Notes: generated by a model from the sequence alone, not told the origin. DNA of 64,000 nt from Calditrichales bacterium (GCA_965267575.1 OZ254086.1:1344001-1408000); one strand, 5' to 3'. Numbered from the stretch's first letter, positions 9,525 to 20,062 are shown. Program-made: numbers and translations.

Positions 9525-10691
9525 ATGTCAACTTTAAGCGCCATAGTTATTCTGTTTATCGTATCATTCGCTTTTTACCTGTTTATAAAAAAGCTTTCCA
9601 CCGCAAATATGTTTTTGCACGAGCTTTCATACAGCGGTATCGGGTATATAGCCATAGGATTTTTACTCGGCCCCAAAATACTTGGTGTTTTTAATGCTAC
9701 CCTGCTTGAGCAGCTGGATATTTTTATTTTTCTGATTCTGGGCTGGGCCGGATTTCTTGTTGGCTTACAAACGCAATTAAAAGGGCTACGGCGGTTTTCT
9801 GCAGAATACTATTCTTACAGCATAAGCTTTTTTGTTCTGTCTGCCCTGCTGGCCTTTGTGTTGCTTTATTATTCAACGGCACTTTTGAATATCGAGCTGG
9901 GTTTGAATTATATCATTTTTCTGTCCATTGTTAATGCCTGCACATCCCCAATTCTTATTGCTCTAATGAGCAAAAAACTAAAAGGACAACTTTCCTTTCT
10001 TTTACGTTTTAATTCCGCTTTTGATAATGTAATTGCCGTAATCGTGTATGGCATCCTGATAGTTTATTTTTTGCAGCGTGCCCATGAAGGCTCAATCGGA
10101 ATGGCGCTTTTGTCTTTCCTGATTGTATGCGTGGCCACGTTCGCCGCTGTGCTCGTTTATCGTGTTCTTGATAAACAGGTAAGCGACAATTATGAAAACC
10201 AGCTCTATGTGGTGGGTCTGCTCCTGGTGATAATCGGGCTCTCCTATTACATGCATCAGAGCATTATCCTTTTTTCCTTTATCTTTGGTGTTGTTCTTTC
10301 CAACATGAAGATCAATACCAAAAAGATTTACTTGAGCATCGATGAGCTGCAAAAGCCACTCTATATATTGCTGCTATTTATAGTTGGAGCTCAGATAGAA
10401 TACAGTCTAAATATTTTATTATTAACGATTGTATTTATCGCCGTGCACGTATTTAGCAAATGGGTGTCGGGCTACTTTACAAACCGATTGTTTTGGAAGG
10501 GCAAAGCCATAGATAATCACATCGGGCTTGCCAACCTGGGCATGGGCGGGATTGTGCTAGCCTTTTTTCTGGAGCTTTCATACCTGGATGATAGTACGAT
10601 AACACAGATGATGCTTTTTCTGCTGGCCATATCCATCATAGTCAGTGACATAATCAGCAACCGATACCTTAAACAATTACAGGCTAAATAA
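9525..10691 (+). CDS. Cation:proton antiporter (CPA) family membrane protein
   Basis: About 12 hydrophobic segments; GYIAIGFLLGP and SAFDN motifs typical of the Na+/H+ exchanger fold. Confidence 0.7.
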   Translation: MSTLSAIVILFIVSFAFYLFIKKLSTANMFLHELSYSGIGYIAIGFLLGPKILGVFNATLLEQLDIFIFLILGWAGFLVGLQTQLKGLRRFSAEYYSYSISFFVLSALLAFVLLYYSTALLNIELGLNYIIFLSIVNACTSPILIALMSKKLKGQLSFLLRFNSAFDNVIAVIVYGILIVYFLQRAHEGSIGMALLSFLIVCVATFAAVLVYRVLDKQVSDNYENQLYVVGLLLVIIGLSYYMHQSIILFSFIFGVVLSNMKINTKKIYLSIDELQKPLYILLLFIVGAQIEYSLNILLLTIVFIAVHVFSKWVSGYFTNRLFWKGKAIDNHIGLANLGMGGIVLAFFLELSYLDDSTITQMMLFLLAISIIVSDIISNRYLKQLQAK

Positions 10692-11483
10692 ATGGCCATC
10701 CACTTAATCGGATCCGAACCCGTTTTTACGCTGGCCGGTTCAAGCGGGATATTAATGATACACGGTTTTACCAGCACGCCTTTCGAGTTCAGGGAAATGT
10801 CGGAACACTTTGTAAGGCAGGGTATTTCTGTTTCTGTGCCGCTAATCCGCGGACACGGCACAACTCCGGAAGACCTGAATGAAGTGAAGTGGTACGAATG
10901 GTTTGAGGATGTTAAAGGCGCCCTATTTGAACTGAGAAAACATTGTAAAAAGGTGATCGTGATTGGTCAGTCCATGGGCGGAACTCTGGCCCTGCACCTT
11001 GCTTCACACTACCAGGTGGAGGGGGTTGTTACTCTTGCAGCGGGCGTTTTTGTCAAGCAAAAAAAGAAAAGTCGCCTGCTCCCGTTTGTCACACCATTTG
11101 TTAAGGTTGCCAGGAATAATCGCGGACCGGACATCTTTGATGAAACGGCAAAGAAAACAGCCATATCATATAAGGAGACCCCGCTCTCAGCGGCGCAGCA
11201 ATTGCAGAAGATGTTTACGCATGTAAAGCGCGATTTAAGTGAAGTGTATGCGCCGGCCCTCTTAATACATTCCACAAATGATCACGTTATTGATTATAAA
11301 AGCTCCAGGTATATATATGATCATATTTCCTCAAGGGACAAGAGGTTATTGTCATTAAGCAAATCCTATCATGTTCTTACACTGGACACGGACAAGGCAA
11401 TCGTCCTTTCGGAAACGGACAAATTTGTAAGACGCATTTTCAGGATAAAACAGAGCAGCACCTTCTACAAGCCGTCATCTTGA
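10692..11483 (+). CDS. Alpha/beta-hydrolase carboxylesterase (Est/YvaK-like)
   Basis: HGFT oxyanion motif, GQSMGG nucleophile elbow, DHV and SYH triad positions. Confidence 0.9.
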   Translation: MAIHLIGSEPVFTLAGSSGILMIHGFTSTPFEFREMSEHFVRQGISVSVPLIRGHGTTPEDLNEVKWYEWFEDVKGALFELRKHCKKVIVIGQSMGGTLALHLASHYQVEGVVTLAAGVFVKQKKKSRLLPFVTPFVKVARNNRGPDIFDETAKKTAISYKETPLSAAQQLQKMFTHVKRDLSEVYAPALLIHSTNDHVIDYKSSRYIYDHISSRDKRLLSLSKSYHVLTLDTDKAIVLSETDKFVRRIFRIKQSSTFYKPSS

Positions 11484-11508
11484 TTAAAGTCTATAAAAAT
11501 CTTAAATT
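11480..11508 (+). promoter_or_regulatory. Putative sigma70 promoter upstream of the glgA-like gene
   Basis: TTGATT-17 nt-TAAATT; a TTGACA also lies at 11528-11533. Confidence 0.4.
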
Positions 11509-11684
11509 TAGCCGATGAAAATTTGCCTTGACAAATATCTGTAAATTTAGTGACCTAACACCCCAGAAAAAGGTAAAAACCAGCCCATATATTTTTTCCG
11601 GAATTCCACAAACCATAGTATTGACCACATCCGGCAAGCAGGTGCGGACTTCCGGGGATAAACCATGTGAAAGGCGAGGCTAAA

Positions 11685-13163
11685 ATGGACCAAATAAAAA
11701 TCTTGTATCTTGCTTCGGAAGTAGCGCCTTTTGCGCGTTCCAGCAGTGTTGCGGACGTGACGGGCGCCCTGCCAAAGGCGCTAAAAAATCTCGATCACGA
11801 GATCCGCATAATTATGCCCAAGTACAAGTTTATCAATGAACGAAAATTTGTACTGCGGGAAGTAATACGTTTGCGCGAAATACCGGTTACCCTTAACGGA
11901 AAAACTGAAGTAGCCAGTGTGAAATCCGCATTTTTGCCGGACAGCAAGGTACAGGTTTATTTTGTTGATATCCCCAACAACTTTGACCGGCCCGGCCTCT
12001 ATATAGATCCTGTTAAGAATGCGCCTTATCCGGATAACGCGGAGCGTTTCGCCTTCTTTTGTAAAGCTGCCATGGAAACCTTGAAAACCCTCTCCTGGCA
12101 ACCGGATGTGATCCATTGTAATGACTGGCAAACGGCATACGTACCTGTTTATCTGAAAACAATATACCAGGGCGAGGATTTCTTTAAGGGTATCAAGACA
12201 ATCTATACTCTGCACAACCTTCATTTTCAGGGGGATTTTGATCCCTCCAAGGCCGCAAAAATTGAATTTGACGAAAACGAGGCACGTAAAGGCGGTATGT
12301 TCGAAAAGGACGGAAAACTGAACCTTACCAAGGCAGCCATTTACTTTTCAGATTTTATTACGACTGTTTCTGAAAATTATGCCAATGAGATCATAGAAAA
12401 TAATGAAAAGGGTTTCGGTTTCGGCGACCTGCTTGATCAAAAAGGCGAAAACTTCGAGGGCATTTTGAACGGAGTGGACTATTCCGTATGGTCTCCGGAG
12501 AAAAACAAGAACCTGCCCGTCAGCTATTCGCAGGAAGATTTAAGCGGTAAAGAAGAGAATAAGAAAACCCTGCTTACACGGCTGGGCATGCAATACGAGG
12601 AAGGCAAGGCTCAAATAGGCGTTATTGCCAATATAAATGAGCAAAAAGGCATGGATATCGTACTTAATGCCATTCCCGAAATAATGAAACTTGATGTTAA
12701 AATGTGTGTTTTGGGCGAGGGAGATCCTGATTTGATAGACGCTTTCATGGATGCCCAGCAAAAGTTCCAGGGCAGACTTACCGTAAATGTTACTTACGAT
12801 GATAAAATCGCTCACCTGATGGAAGCCGGTTCGGACATATTTTTAATTCCATCGCGCAATGAGCCGTGCGGCTTGTACCAGATTTTCAGCATGAAGTACG
12901 GAACCGTGCCCGTGGTTGCGCCCACCGGAGGCCTTCTGGATACGGTTGACGAATATGACCCCAAAATCGAAGAAGGTTCCGGATTCATCATGGAAAAGCA
13001 TGATGCTAAAAGCCTGGTCAATGCGATCAAAAAAGCCCTTGATGTTTATGCAGACAAAGAAAAATGGAGCAAACTGCAAAAAGGAATAATGCAGGAGGAC
13101 TACTCGTGGGATATTTCGGCAAAACGCTATGTGGACATTTATAAACGCATCTTAGCTGTCTGA
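11685..13163 (+). CDS. glgA: Glycogen/starch synthase family (GT5) protein with degenerate active-site motifs
   Basis: EVAPF, HCNDWQT, TLHNL, GILNGVD, EPCGL and TGGLLDTV are present. The KTGGL position reads RSSSV and the SRL..QKG position reads ANINEQKG. Confidence 0.85.
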   Translation: MDQIKILYLASEVAPFARSSSVADVTGALPKALKNLDHEIRIIMPKYKFINERKFVLREVIRLREIPVTLNGKTEVASVKSAFLPDSKVQVYFVDIPNNFDRPGLYIDPVKNAPYPDNAERFAFFCKAAMETLKTLSWQPDVIHCNDWQTAYVPVYLKTIYQGEDFFKGIKTIYTLHNLHFQGDFDPSKAAKIEFDENEARKGGMFEKDGKLNLTKAAIYFSDFITTVSENYANEIIENNEKGFGFGDLLDQKGENFEGILNGVDYSVWSPEKNKNLPVSYSQEDLSGKEENKKTLLTRLGMQYEEGKAQIGVIANINEQKGMDIVLNAIPEIMKLDVKMCVLGEGDPDLIDAFMDAQQKFQGRLTVNVTYDDKIAHLMEAGSDIFLIPSRNEPCGLYQIFSMKYGTVPVVAPTGGLLDTVDEYDPKIEEGSGFIMEKHDAKSLVNAIKKALDVYADKEKWSKLQKGIMQEDYSWDISAKRYVDIYKRILAV

Positions 13164-13171
13164 AAAAAGGC

Positions 13172-13199
13172 GCCATCCGAAAGGGTGGCTTTTTTTTTT
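13172..13199 (+). terminator. Intrinsic terminator after the glgA-like gene
   Basis: GCCATCC-GAAA-GGGTGGC hairpin followed by T10. Confidence 0.85.
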
Positions 13200-13202
13200 G
13201 AA

Positions 13203-13793
13203 ATGAAACCAAACAAAGCAATCTTTCTGGACAGGGACGGAACACTCAATGAGGAGGCAGGTTATATCAACCATGTTTCCAGGCTGAAATTTCTACCGGG
13301 CATCTGGGAGGCAATAAGAGTGCTGAAAGAAGCGCGATATAAAATTATCGTTTTAACAAACCAGGCCGGGCTTGCCAGAGGTTATTTTAATGAGGAAACA
13401 CTCGGGCAGGTACACGGCAAGCTTATGCAGACGGCGAAAAAAAATAATGCTGAAATCGACGCGCTCTACTTTTGCCCGCATTTGCCGGGAGCCACTGTCG
13501 AAAAGTATAACCACGAATGCGATTGCAGAAAGCCAAAACCGGGCATGCTGATTAAGGCGCAGAAAGAACACAATATCGACCTGAAACAATCGTTTATGAT
13601 CGGTGATCGATTTAAAGATGTTGAATTCGGAAAGGGACAAGGGCTTTCGACGGTTTTTTTGCTAACGGGATACGGACTGGGCGAGTACTGCAACGAGCGA
13701 AAGACCTGGCCTTTTCAACCGGATTATATTTGCAAGGATCTGGAAACAGCCGCCAATGTCATCCTTGCAAAACGGCATAAAACGCATAATTGA
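13203..13793 (+). CDS. gmhB: D-glycero-D-manno-heptose 1,7-bisphosphate phosphatase (HAD IIIA)
   Basis: FLDRDGTL, TNQAG, CPH...CDCRKPKPGM and MIGD motifs. Confidence 0.88.
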   Translation: MKPNKAIFLDRDGTLNEEAGYINHVSRLKFLPGIWEAIRVLKEARYKIIVLTNQAGLARGYFNEETLGQVHGKLMQTAKKNNAEIDALYFCPHLPGATVEKYNHECDCRKPKPGMLIKAQKEHNIDLKQSFMIGDRFKDVEFGKGQGLSTVFLLTGYGLGEYCNERKTWPFQPDYICKDLETAANVILAKRHKTHN

Positions 13794-13818
13794 CTCATAA
13801 AAACATGATACTTAAATT
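13790..13818 (+). promoter_or_regulatory. Putative sigma70 promoter of the lipoprotein-OMP-TPR-rpiB-glyA run
   Basis: TTGACT-17 nt-TAAATT, 27 nt before the ATG at 13846. Confidence 0.55.
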
Positions 13819-13845
13819 CGCTTTCTTTTCAATTTTAGGATAATA

Positions 13846-15042
13846 ATGAGATTTCTATTTTTTGCATTACTGACAGTACTGATTTCTTCTTGTGCCAATC
13901 TTGATCCGAATGATAACCCAAACAGCGAATATGGAGGGACGGACCGTTACGGAAATCTTACTGCTGATACGTTGTACGCGCTTCAGGATACGGTAAGACA
14001 ATTTGATTACGTTTCTTCCGGAACGAGTTTGAAATTGTCCTTGGCCGATCTGGGCGGCTTAAAGGCCGGCTTTTTTATTCGCTTTACAACATTACCGGAT
14101 TCGCTGGAGAGATTACTTTCTGCCCAGGTTGATTTTATAACCAATGAATCATTCGGTTTGAATATCGGTGATTCTATGCAGGTGGATGTCTTTTCCGTTT
14201 CGCGTGAATGGATCTCCACGGATGTCAATACGACCGAAGATTTCCGCAATAATCCACCGGCTGACTACATTGAGACGATATCCTTTAGCGCCGCTGATTC
14301 CGCCCGAAGCAGCTACGTTCTGCCGATGAACCTGGCGGAACAATGGATTCTGAATGACTCGCTGAATTATGGCCTTTATTTTACACCAAGAGCAGGCCAG
14401 GGAGACGTGGCCATAAACGTTGGTGCGCTTGGAGCGTCCCTTGCGCCACAGCTTATTATTGAAAGAAGCACGGATTCCACAGCTGTCAGAGATACACTTG
14501 CCACGGGACCAGACGCGACGCTGTTTTCCATGAACATGAATCCGCCTGCTCTGCAAATAAGCGGAGAGCAGGTAGTCGTTGCCAGCGGCGTACCGGTAAG
14601 AACTTTTTTAAAGTTTGACCTATCCAGCCTGCCACGTAATGCGATCTACTATGACGCTTATGTAACATTATTTGATGTAGAAGATAATCCATACGAAAAC
14701 CCGGAAAAGAATAATTTGTTTTATTTGCGCAATATTTCGGAAGCAGGCCCTGATCTGTCGACATTTACAATAGATTCCAGCTTCACAACCAACTTCAGGC
14801 AAAGCTTTTCCCTGGAGCAGACTTCATCCAATAATTTTGCCAAGCTGCGCGGTTTTGAGCGCAATTATTTCGCTGAGGATTTTATTCAGCTCTACCTCAA
14901 TGGCGAAATTGATCATGAATGGTTTTTGCTGCATTACATCAACGAAGGAACCGATCTTTCTGTAAAAAGGTTTTATGGAGCAGGCGTAGCAGACAAAAAT
15001 CTGAGACCGATACTGGTCGTTAAATATATAAACGGAAATTAA
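13846..15042 (+). CDS. Lipoprotein, DUF4270-like
   Basis: Lipobox LISSC; beta-rich two-domain body with LKFDLS and P-x-L-x-V-x-Y ends; near a GT5 gene as in Bacteroidota (inference). Confidence 0.6.
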   Translation: MRFLFFALLTVLISSCANLDPNDNPNSEYGGTDRYGNLTADTLYALQDTVRQFDYVSSGTSLKLSLADLGGLKAGFFIRFTTLPDSLERLLSAQVDFITNESFGLNIGDSMQVDVFSVSREWISTDVNTTEDFRNNPPADYIETISFSAADSARSSYVLPMNLAEQWILNDSLNYGLYFTPRAGQGDVAINVGALGASLAPQLIIERSTDSTAVRDTLATGPDATLFSMNMNPPALQISGEQVVVASGVPVRTFLKFDLSSLPRNAIYYDAYVTLFDVEDNPYENPEKNNLFYLRNISEAGPDLSTFTIDSSFTTNFRQSFSLEQTSSNNFAKLRGFERNYFAEDFIQLYLNGEIDHEWFLLHYINEGTDLSVKRFYGAGVADKNLRPILVVKYINGN

Positions 15043-15046
15043 TATT

Positions 15047-16243
15047 GTGAGACAGCTAATTATTTGTACCCTAATAGGATTTACTTTTGCCTTTGCCGGA
15101 GAGAGCCGTTTCGGGCTTGTGACCAATTCTCTTGGAAAGCTGGATACCCATTATGGAGCGGCGGGCAGTGGACGCAATTTTAGTATTGCGCTGCGCGATT
15201 CCCTTCAAATCAACTTCCGGAATTTTAGTACCAGCACGGATATATCGCGAGCGACGTTTACTATAAACGCAGGCTACAATGCCATCTGGGGCGATAACAG
15301 CATATCTAAAAATTTCATCGATGATGCCAATTTCAGCGGCGCTTTTCTTGGTATTCCGCTGATGGAAAAAAAGATGTCCATGGTTGCCAGTGTAACACCG
15401 TACACATCCCTTGAACAGCGCATAGAGAACAGAACAACATTTCAAGGGCAGCCGGTAGTTGAAAACCTGGTAGTGCGCGGCGGTATCGCGCGAACCAATC
15501 TTAACCTGGCTTATAAATTTTCCGATCAGCTGTCCGTCGCAGCCGGATACGAATTTACGTTCGGCCGCATTTCCGAGGACATCGTTTACGACATTGAAGA
15601 CGATCTTAATTCTCAGGTCGAATTCAGCTACGATAACCAGGTCCGTGGCCAGGGAGTTTTATTATCCGCTTATTACCGCCCGGTTGATCGTTTGCATTTG
15701 GGATTTGCGGTGCGTCCGCCCGTTGTAGGTACTTTTTCGAGAATGGGCAATACCGGTTCAAATGAGCTTGACCTGGAAAGAGAAGTGGACCTGCTGTTAC
15801 CGGCAGAGTACAGCCTGGGCATGGTTTATGACTTGAGTGAGTTTTATGCGCTGGGAACAGATCTTATTTACCAGGGCTGGAAGAAAGGTTATGAGCTGGA
15901 TAACCAATCCGTTTCTAACCATAATGACTATTTCAGGCTGGGAGTAGGCCTGGAAAGAAAAGCAACCGACAGGCGTTTTGTAAACTATGGCGAGCAAGTA
16001 AGCTACCGCGCCGGTCTCTATTACAGTACATTGGCGCAGACTTTTAATAATAAAACCGTTAATGAATATGGATTTTCAGTTGGTGTTTCATTGCCCGTAC
16101 AAAGATTCCGTTCCAAGGTGGATCTTGCATTGATTGCCGGGCGCCGGGGAGATGCTGGAGTTGTCGGCCTGGAGGAAACATTCCTTGGAATTGGTTTTTC
16201 AATAAGTGCAAATGAAACATGGTTTGTTAATATAGAGGATTAG
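15047..16243 (+). CDS. Outer-membrane beta-barrel protein (FadL/TodX-like)
   Basis: Signal peptide, alternating amphipathic strands, YRAGLYY and C-terminal NETWF. Confidence 0.65.
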   Translation: MRQLIICTLIGFTFAFAGESRFGLVTNSLGKLDTHYGAAGSGRNFSIALRDSLQINFRNFSTSTDISRATFTINAGYNAIWGDNSISKNFIDDANFSGAFLGIPLMEKKMSMVASVTPYTSLEQRIENRTTFQGQPVVENLVVRGGIARTNLNLAYKFSDQLSVAAGYEFTFGRISEDIVYDIEDDLNSQVEFSYDNQVRGQGVLLSAYYRPVDRLHLGFAVRPPVVGTFSRMGNTGSNELDLEREVDLLLPAEYSLGMVYDLSEFYALGTDLIYQGWKKGYELDNQSVSNHNDYFRLGVGLERKATDRRFVNYGEQVSYRAGLYYSTLAQTFNNKTVNEYGFSVGVSLPVQRFRSKVDLALIAGRRGDAGVVGLEETFLGIGFSISANETWFVNIED

Positions 16244-16257
16244 AGAAGGGGCGGATT

Positions 16258-17526
16258 ATGAAGCGTACACTAATACTTTTGCTTTTTGGCTTGTCCAGCC
16301 TGCTTTACGCACAGGATGAAGATATGCTGCTTTTTGATACTGAAGAAGAGCAGGAAGAGACTCAATGCGTTCCGGATGATCTGACGGTGCCGTATGAGAA
16401 ATTTGCCAATACGGCTGAGGGTGAAACGCAGGTGAGGCAGTGGTATTCTTTTGGCAGTGAGCACCATAAAAATCAGAACTACCGGGCCGGCCTGACCTAT
16501 TTGTGGAAAGTGTTTTTCAATGACAGCACCCGTTATGCGGAACTGGCCATCGGAAAAGTAGCAGAAGCCTATTTTTATCTGCAAAACGCAGACAGCTCTC
16601 TTATTGCCTGTTACCTTGGGCTGGACCGCTACCCGGACCAGCAGAAGCTGCATTATTACGCCGGCTATTTACAGGAAAAGCTGGGCCGCGGCTCATGTGC
16701 CATACCTCATTACGAAGCTCTGGTAAATGCCAATCCCCAGCAAAAGTCTTATTTGTCTACTCTTGCGCGCCTTTATTATAAAGAAGGCGACGAAAGATGT
16801 ATCGATATGCAGCAACGTGTTGTCGATCTCGATCCGTCCGATTCCCAGGCCAGCGGGGCCCTGGCCGAGATGATCACACAAATACGAGGTGAAGGCGCTG
16901 CGCTGGAAATTCGCGAATCCACCTGGAGAAACGAACCGGATAATCTTTCCTATGCTCTGGCCTTTGCGCGCGAAGCGGTTAATGCCGGCAGCTATAAAAA
17001 ATCCCTGGAACCACTGGACAAAATAATTTCCACGGAACCCTCGGCAGAAGCGTATCGTTTGCGGGCCCGTGCCTATGAAAACATGTCTCAGTACAGCAAT
17101 GCCGTGCAGGATTATGAAGGCGTTCTGAATTTTGAAAAAGACAATGCAGACGTCATGCTTGAAATTTCTAAAAACTATGTATATGCCAAACAATTCAAAT
17201 CGGCAGACGCTTGGATCAACCGCGCTTTATCCGCGCGTTCCGGTTACGGTAAGGCCTACATTGCCCGCGGAGAAATGATTGAATCCCTGGTAAGTTATTG
17301 CCAGGACCAGCGCGGGGATGGCAAGTTATCGCTGCAGGATAAAATGGCTTACGAGATCGCCCAGTCACAATATCGCCGTGCGCAGCAGGATCTTGGGTTT
17401 AAGGCACAGGCCGAGTCCAAATTCAACAACCTTGCCGGCTTTATCCGTACAGCAGAAGATAAATTTATGGAGCCAAACGCCAAAATTGACGACACCTGCT
17501 ATAGCTGGATCGTAAAATATCAATAG
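16258..17526 (+). CDS. Exported tetratricopeptide-repeat protein
   Basis: Signal peptide followed by multiple TPR-like helical repeats (AEAYRLRARAYENM, KAYIARGE). Confidence 0.75.
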   Translation: MKRTLILLLFGLSSLLYAQDEDMLLFDTEEEQEETQCVPDDLTVPYEKFANTAEGETQVRQWYSFGSEHHKNQNYRAGLTYLWKVFFNDSTRYAELAIGKVAEAYFYLQNADSSLIACYLGLDRYPDQQKLHYYAGYLQEKLGRGSCAIPHYEALVNANPQQKSYLSTLARLYYKEGDERCIDMQQRVVDLDPSDSQASGALAEMITQIRGEGAALEIRESTWRNEPDNLSYALAFAREAVNAGSYKKSLEPLDKIISTEPSAEAYRLRARAYENMSQYSNAVQDYEGVLNFEKDNADVMLEISKNYVYAKQFKSADAWINRALSARSGYGKAYIARGEMIESLVSYCQDQRGDGKLSLQDKMAYEIAQSQYRRAQQDLGFKAQAESKFNNLAGFIRTAEDKFMEPNAKIDDTCYSWIVKYQ

Positions 17527-17537
17527 GTTAAATTTTT

Positions 17538-17978
17538 ATGAAAGTTGCCATTGGCGCAGACCATGCCGGTTATCTAATGAAAGAAACGGTAAAAAAATAT
17601 CTTCATGATAAGGAGATTCAATTTACCGATTTTGGTACGTTTAAAATGGAACGCACCGACTACCCGGATTACGCCTATAAAGTGGCAAACGTTGTCTCCA
17701 AACAGGAAGCGGATCTGGGAATACTTATTTGTGGTACCGGCATTGGAATGTGTATTGCCGCGAACAAAGTAAAGGGAGTCCGGGCGGGATCTGCCTGGAA
17801 CACCAGGTCGGCGGAGCTAAGCCGCTTGCATAATAATGCCAATATTCTATGCCTTGGCGCGCGCCTTCTTGAAGAAGAAGAGGCGATCATGATTGTCGAG
17901 ACCTGGCTGAATACATCATTTGAAGGCGGTCGGCACGAAAAGCGCATTGAAAAGATTCATTCTATAACCGGCATTTAA
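17538..17978 (+). CDS. rpiB: Ribose-5-phosphate isomerase B
   Basis: [27 protein letters not shown] and FEGGRH motifs. Confidence 0.97.
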   Translation: MKVAIGADHAGYLMKETVKKYLHDKEIQFTDFGTFKMERTDYPDYAYKVANVVSKQEADLGILICGTGIGMCIAANKVKGVRAGSAWNTRSAELSRLHNNANILCLGARLLEEEEAIMIVETWLNTSFEGGRHEKRIEKIHSITGI

Positions 17979-17992
17979 GCCTGGGGATTAAA

Positions 17993-19279
17993 ATGTTAGA
18001 TCACGTCAGAGAGCAGGACAAGGAAATTTTTGATTCTATTTCCCGGGAAACTGACAGACAAAATAATACCATTGAGTTGATAGCATCGGAGAATTTCGTT
18101 TCCCATGCCGTTCTGGAAGCGGCCGGCAGCGTCATGACCAACAAATACGCCGAAGGCTATCCGGGCAAACGTTATTATGGTGGCTGTGAGTTTGTCGATG
18201 AAGCAGAAGACCTCGCCCGTGATCGCGCAAAAAAGCTTTTTGATTGTGAATATGCCAACGTCCAGCCGCACTCCGGTTCACAAGCCAACATGGCGGTCTA
18301 TTTTACCTACCTCAATCCGGGAGATACTGTTCTCGGGATGGACCTTGCCCACGGCGGACACCTGACCCACGGTTCGCCCGTAAATTTTTCAGGGAAACTC
18401 TACAATTTTATTAGCTATGGCGTGGATAAGGAGACGGGCCGCATCGATATGAGCCATGTCTCCACGCTGGCCAGGGAAAACAAACCCAAAATGATCGTTG
18501 TGGGCGCTTCCGCTTATTCGCGTCATTATGAGTTTGAAAAATTCCGCGAGATTGCAGATGCAGTGGGCGCCATTCTGTTTTGCGATATCGCCCATCCCGC
18601 AGGCTTGGTAGCCGCAGGTGTTCACCCTTCGCCGATCCCTTATTGTGATATTGTAGCAACTACAACGCACAAAACCCTGCGCGGACCGCGGGGCGGTATG
18701 CTCATGATGGGCAAGGACAGCGAAAACAAACTGGGTATTGTCGCTCCAAAATCCGGCCGCACAAAAATGATGTCGGAGTTGTTTGACAGTACCGTGATGC
18801 CTGGTATACAGGGCGGACCGCTGATGCATGTCATCGCGGCCAAAGCCGTTGCCTTTAAAGAGGCGTTGCAGCCCGGTTTTAAAAACTACGCCAGGCAGAT
18901 CATAAATAACGCGCAGGAGTTGGCCAATGCCCTTGTTGAGCACGGCTATGATATTGTATCCGGCGGAACCGATAACCATGTATTTCTCGTGGATCTCAGT
19001 AAAAAAGATATAACGGGCAAAGCGGCGGAAAATGCGCTGCATGCTGCCGGAATCACGGTTAACAAAAATATGGTTCCTTTTGACCAGAGAAGCCCCTTTG
19101 TAACAAGTGGCATTCGCCTCGGAACGGCTGCGATGACGACAAAGGGCATGAAAGAAGAACAAATGCGCAGCATCGCGAACATGATTGATACGGTATTGCG
19201 TGATGTTGAATCGCAGGACGTGCAAAATAAGGTCCTGCAGCAAGTACGCGACTTAAACAAAGATTTTCAACTGTACTAA
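17993..19279 (+). CDS. glyA: Serine hydroxymethyltransferase
   Basis: [21 protein letters not shown] and [13 protein letters not shown] motifs. Confidence 0.99.
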   Translation: MLDHVREQDKEIFDSISRETDRQNNTIELIASENFVSHAVLEAAGSVMTNKYAEGYPGKRYYGGCEFVDEAEDLARDRAKKLFDCEYANVQPHSGSQANMAVYFTYLNPGDTVLGMDLAHGGHLTHGSPVNFSGKLYNFISYGVDKETGRIDMSHVSTLARENKPKMIVVGASAYSRHYEFEKFREIADAVGAILFCDIAHPAGLVAAGVHPSPIPYCDIVATTTHKTLRGPRGGMLMMGKDSENKLGIVAPKSGRTKMMSELFDSTVMPGIQGGPLMHVIAAKAVAFKEALQPGFKNYARQIINNAQELANALVEHGYDIVSGGTDNHVFLVDLSKKDITGKAAENALHAAGITVNKNMVPFDQRSPFVTSGIRLGTAAMTTKGMKEEQMRSIANMIDTVLRDVESQDVQNKVLQQVRDLNKDFQLY

Positions 19280-19300
19280 AATCTAACTACGATTTTTACG

Positions 19301-19326
19301 GCCTCCACGATGGGGGCTTTTTTTTT
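19301..19326 (+). terminator. Intrinsic terminator after glyA
   Basis: GCCTCCA-CGA-TGGGGGC hairpin followed by T9. Confidence 0.75.
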
Positions 19327-19336
19327 AGGCCTGAAT

Positions 19337-20062
19337 ATGGAAATGTCATTTCTCGATCACCTTGAAGAGTTGCGCTGGCGCCTGCTCAAAAGCATTGTCA
19401 GTATTGTCGTTTTCATGCTGGGTGCCTTTTTTATCTCCGATTATGTGCTGGACTTTTTGCTTCTACCGATGCAGGACATCAATGCGCAGATCTCCATGCA
19501 GGTACTTAAGGTTCAGACTATTTTTGTTATAAAGCTGGAGATTGCCTTAATACTCGGGATAATTTTGAGCCTGCCGGTAATTCTTTATCAACTTTGGGCG
19601 TTTATCGCACCCGGTTTACTGCCCAAAGAAAAAAAATATATCTGGCCGATTATCTTCTTTGCTATGCTAAGCTTCCTTATAGGCGCATCGTTTGCCTACT
19701 TTATAATAATACCCTATGCCCTGGAGTTTTTTCTTGGCCTGGCGCCGTCAACCGTGAGCAATAATATTGCCATCGATTTTTACATGGGCTTTATCCTGCG
19801 CCTTATCCTGGTGTTCGGTATTGTATTCGAGCTGCCCATTTTAAGTGTCGTGCTGGCCAAACTGGGGCTGATCTCACCCCAGTTTCTGCGCAAATACAGG
19901 CGCCACGCTATTGTAACAATTTTTATAATCGGGGCTATACTTACACCACCGGACCCTACAACACAGGTCTTTCTGGCAATCCCGCTGGTTATCCTCTATG
20001 AGGTCACCATATGGATGGCTGCCGTTTTCGGGAAAAAGAGAAACGTGCAATTGAATCAATAG
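19337..20062 (+). CDS. tatC: Twin-arginine translocase subunit TatC
   Basis: EMSFLDHLEELRWRL, FIAPGL, FELP and LTPPDP motifs. Confidence 0.97.
   Translation: MEMSFLDHLEELRWRLLKSIVSIVVFMLGAFFISDYVLDFLLLPMQDINAQISMQVLKVQTIFVIKLEIALILGIILSLPVILYQLWAFIAPGLLPKEKKYIWPIIFFAMLSFLIGASFAYFIIIPYALEFFLGLAPSTVSNNIAIDFYMGFILRLILVFGIVFELPILSVVLAKLGLISPQFLRKYRRHAIVTIFIIGAILTPPDPTTQVFLAIPLVILYEVTIWMAAVFGKKRNVQLNQ

Noticed and set aside
18389-19243. 284-aa antisense ORF over glyA (likewise 50747-51481, 53911-54576, 57553-58236, 63030-63698)
   Set aside because: These are shadow ORFs opposite well-supported genes, with no recognisable motifs.
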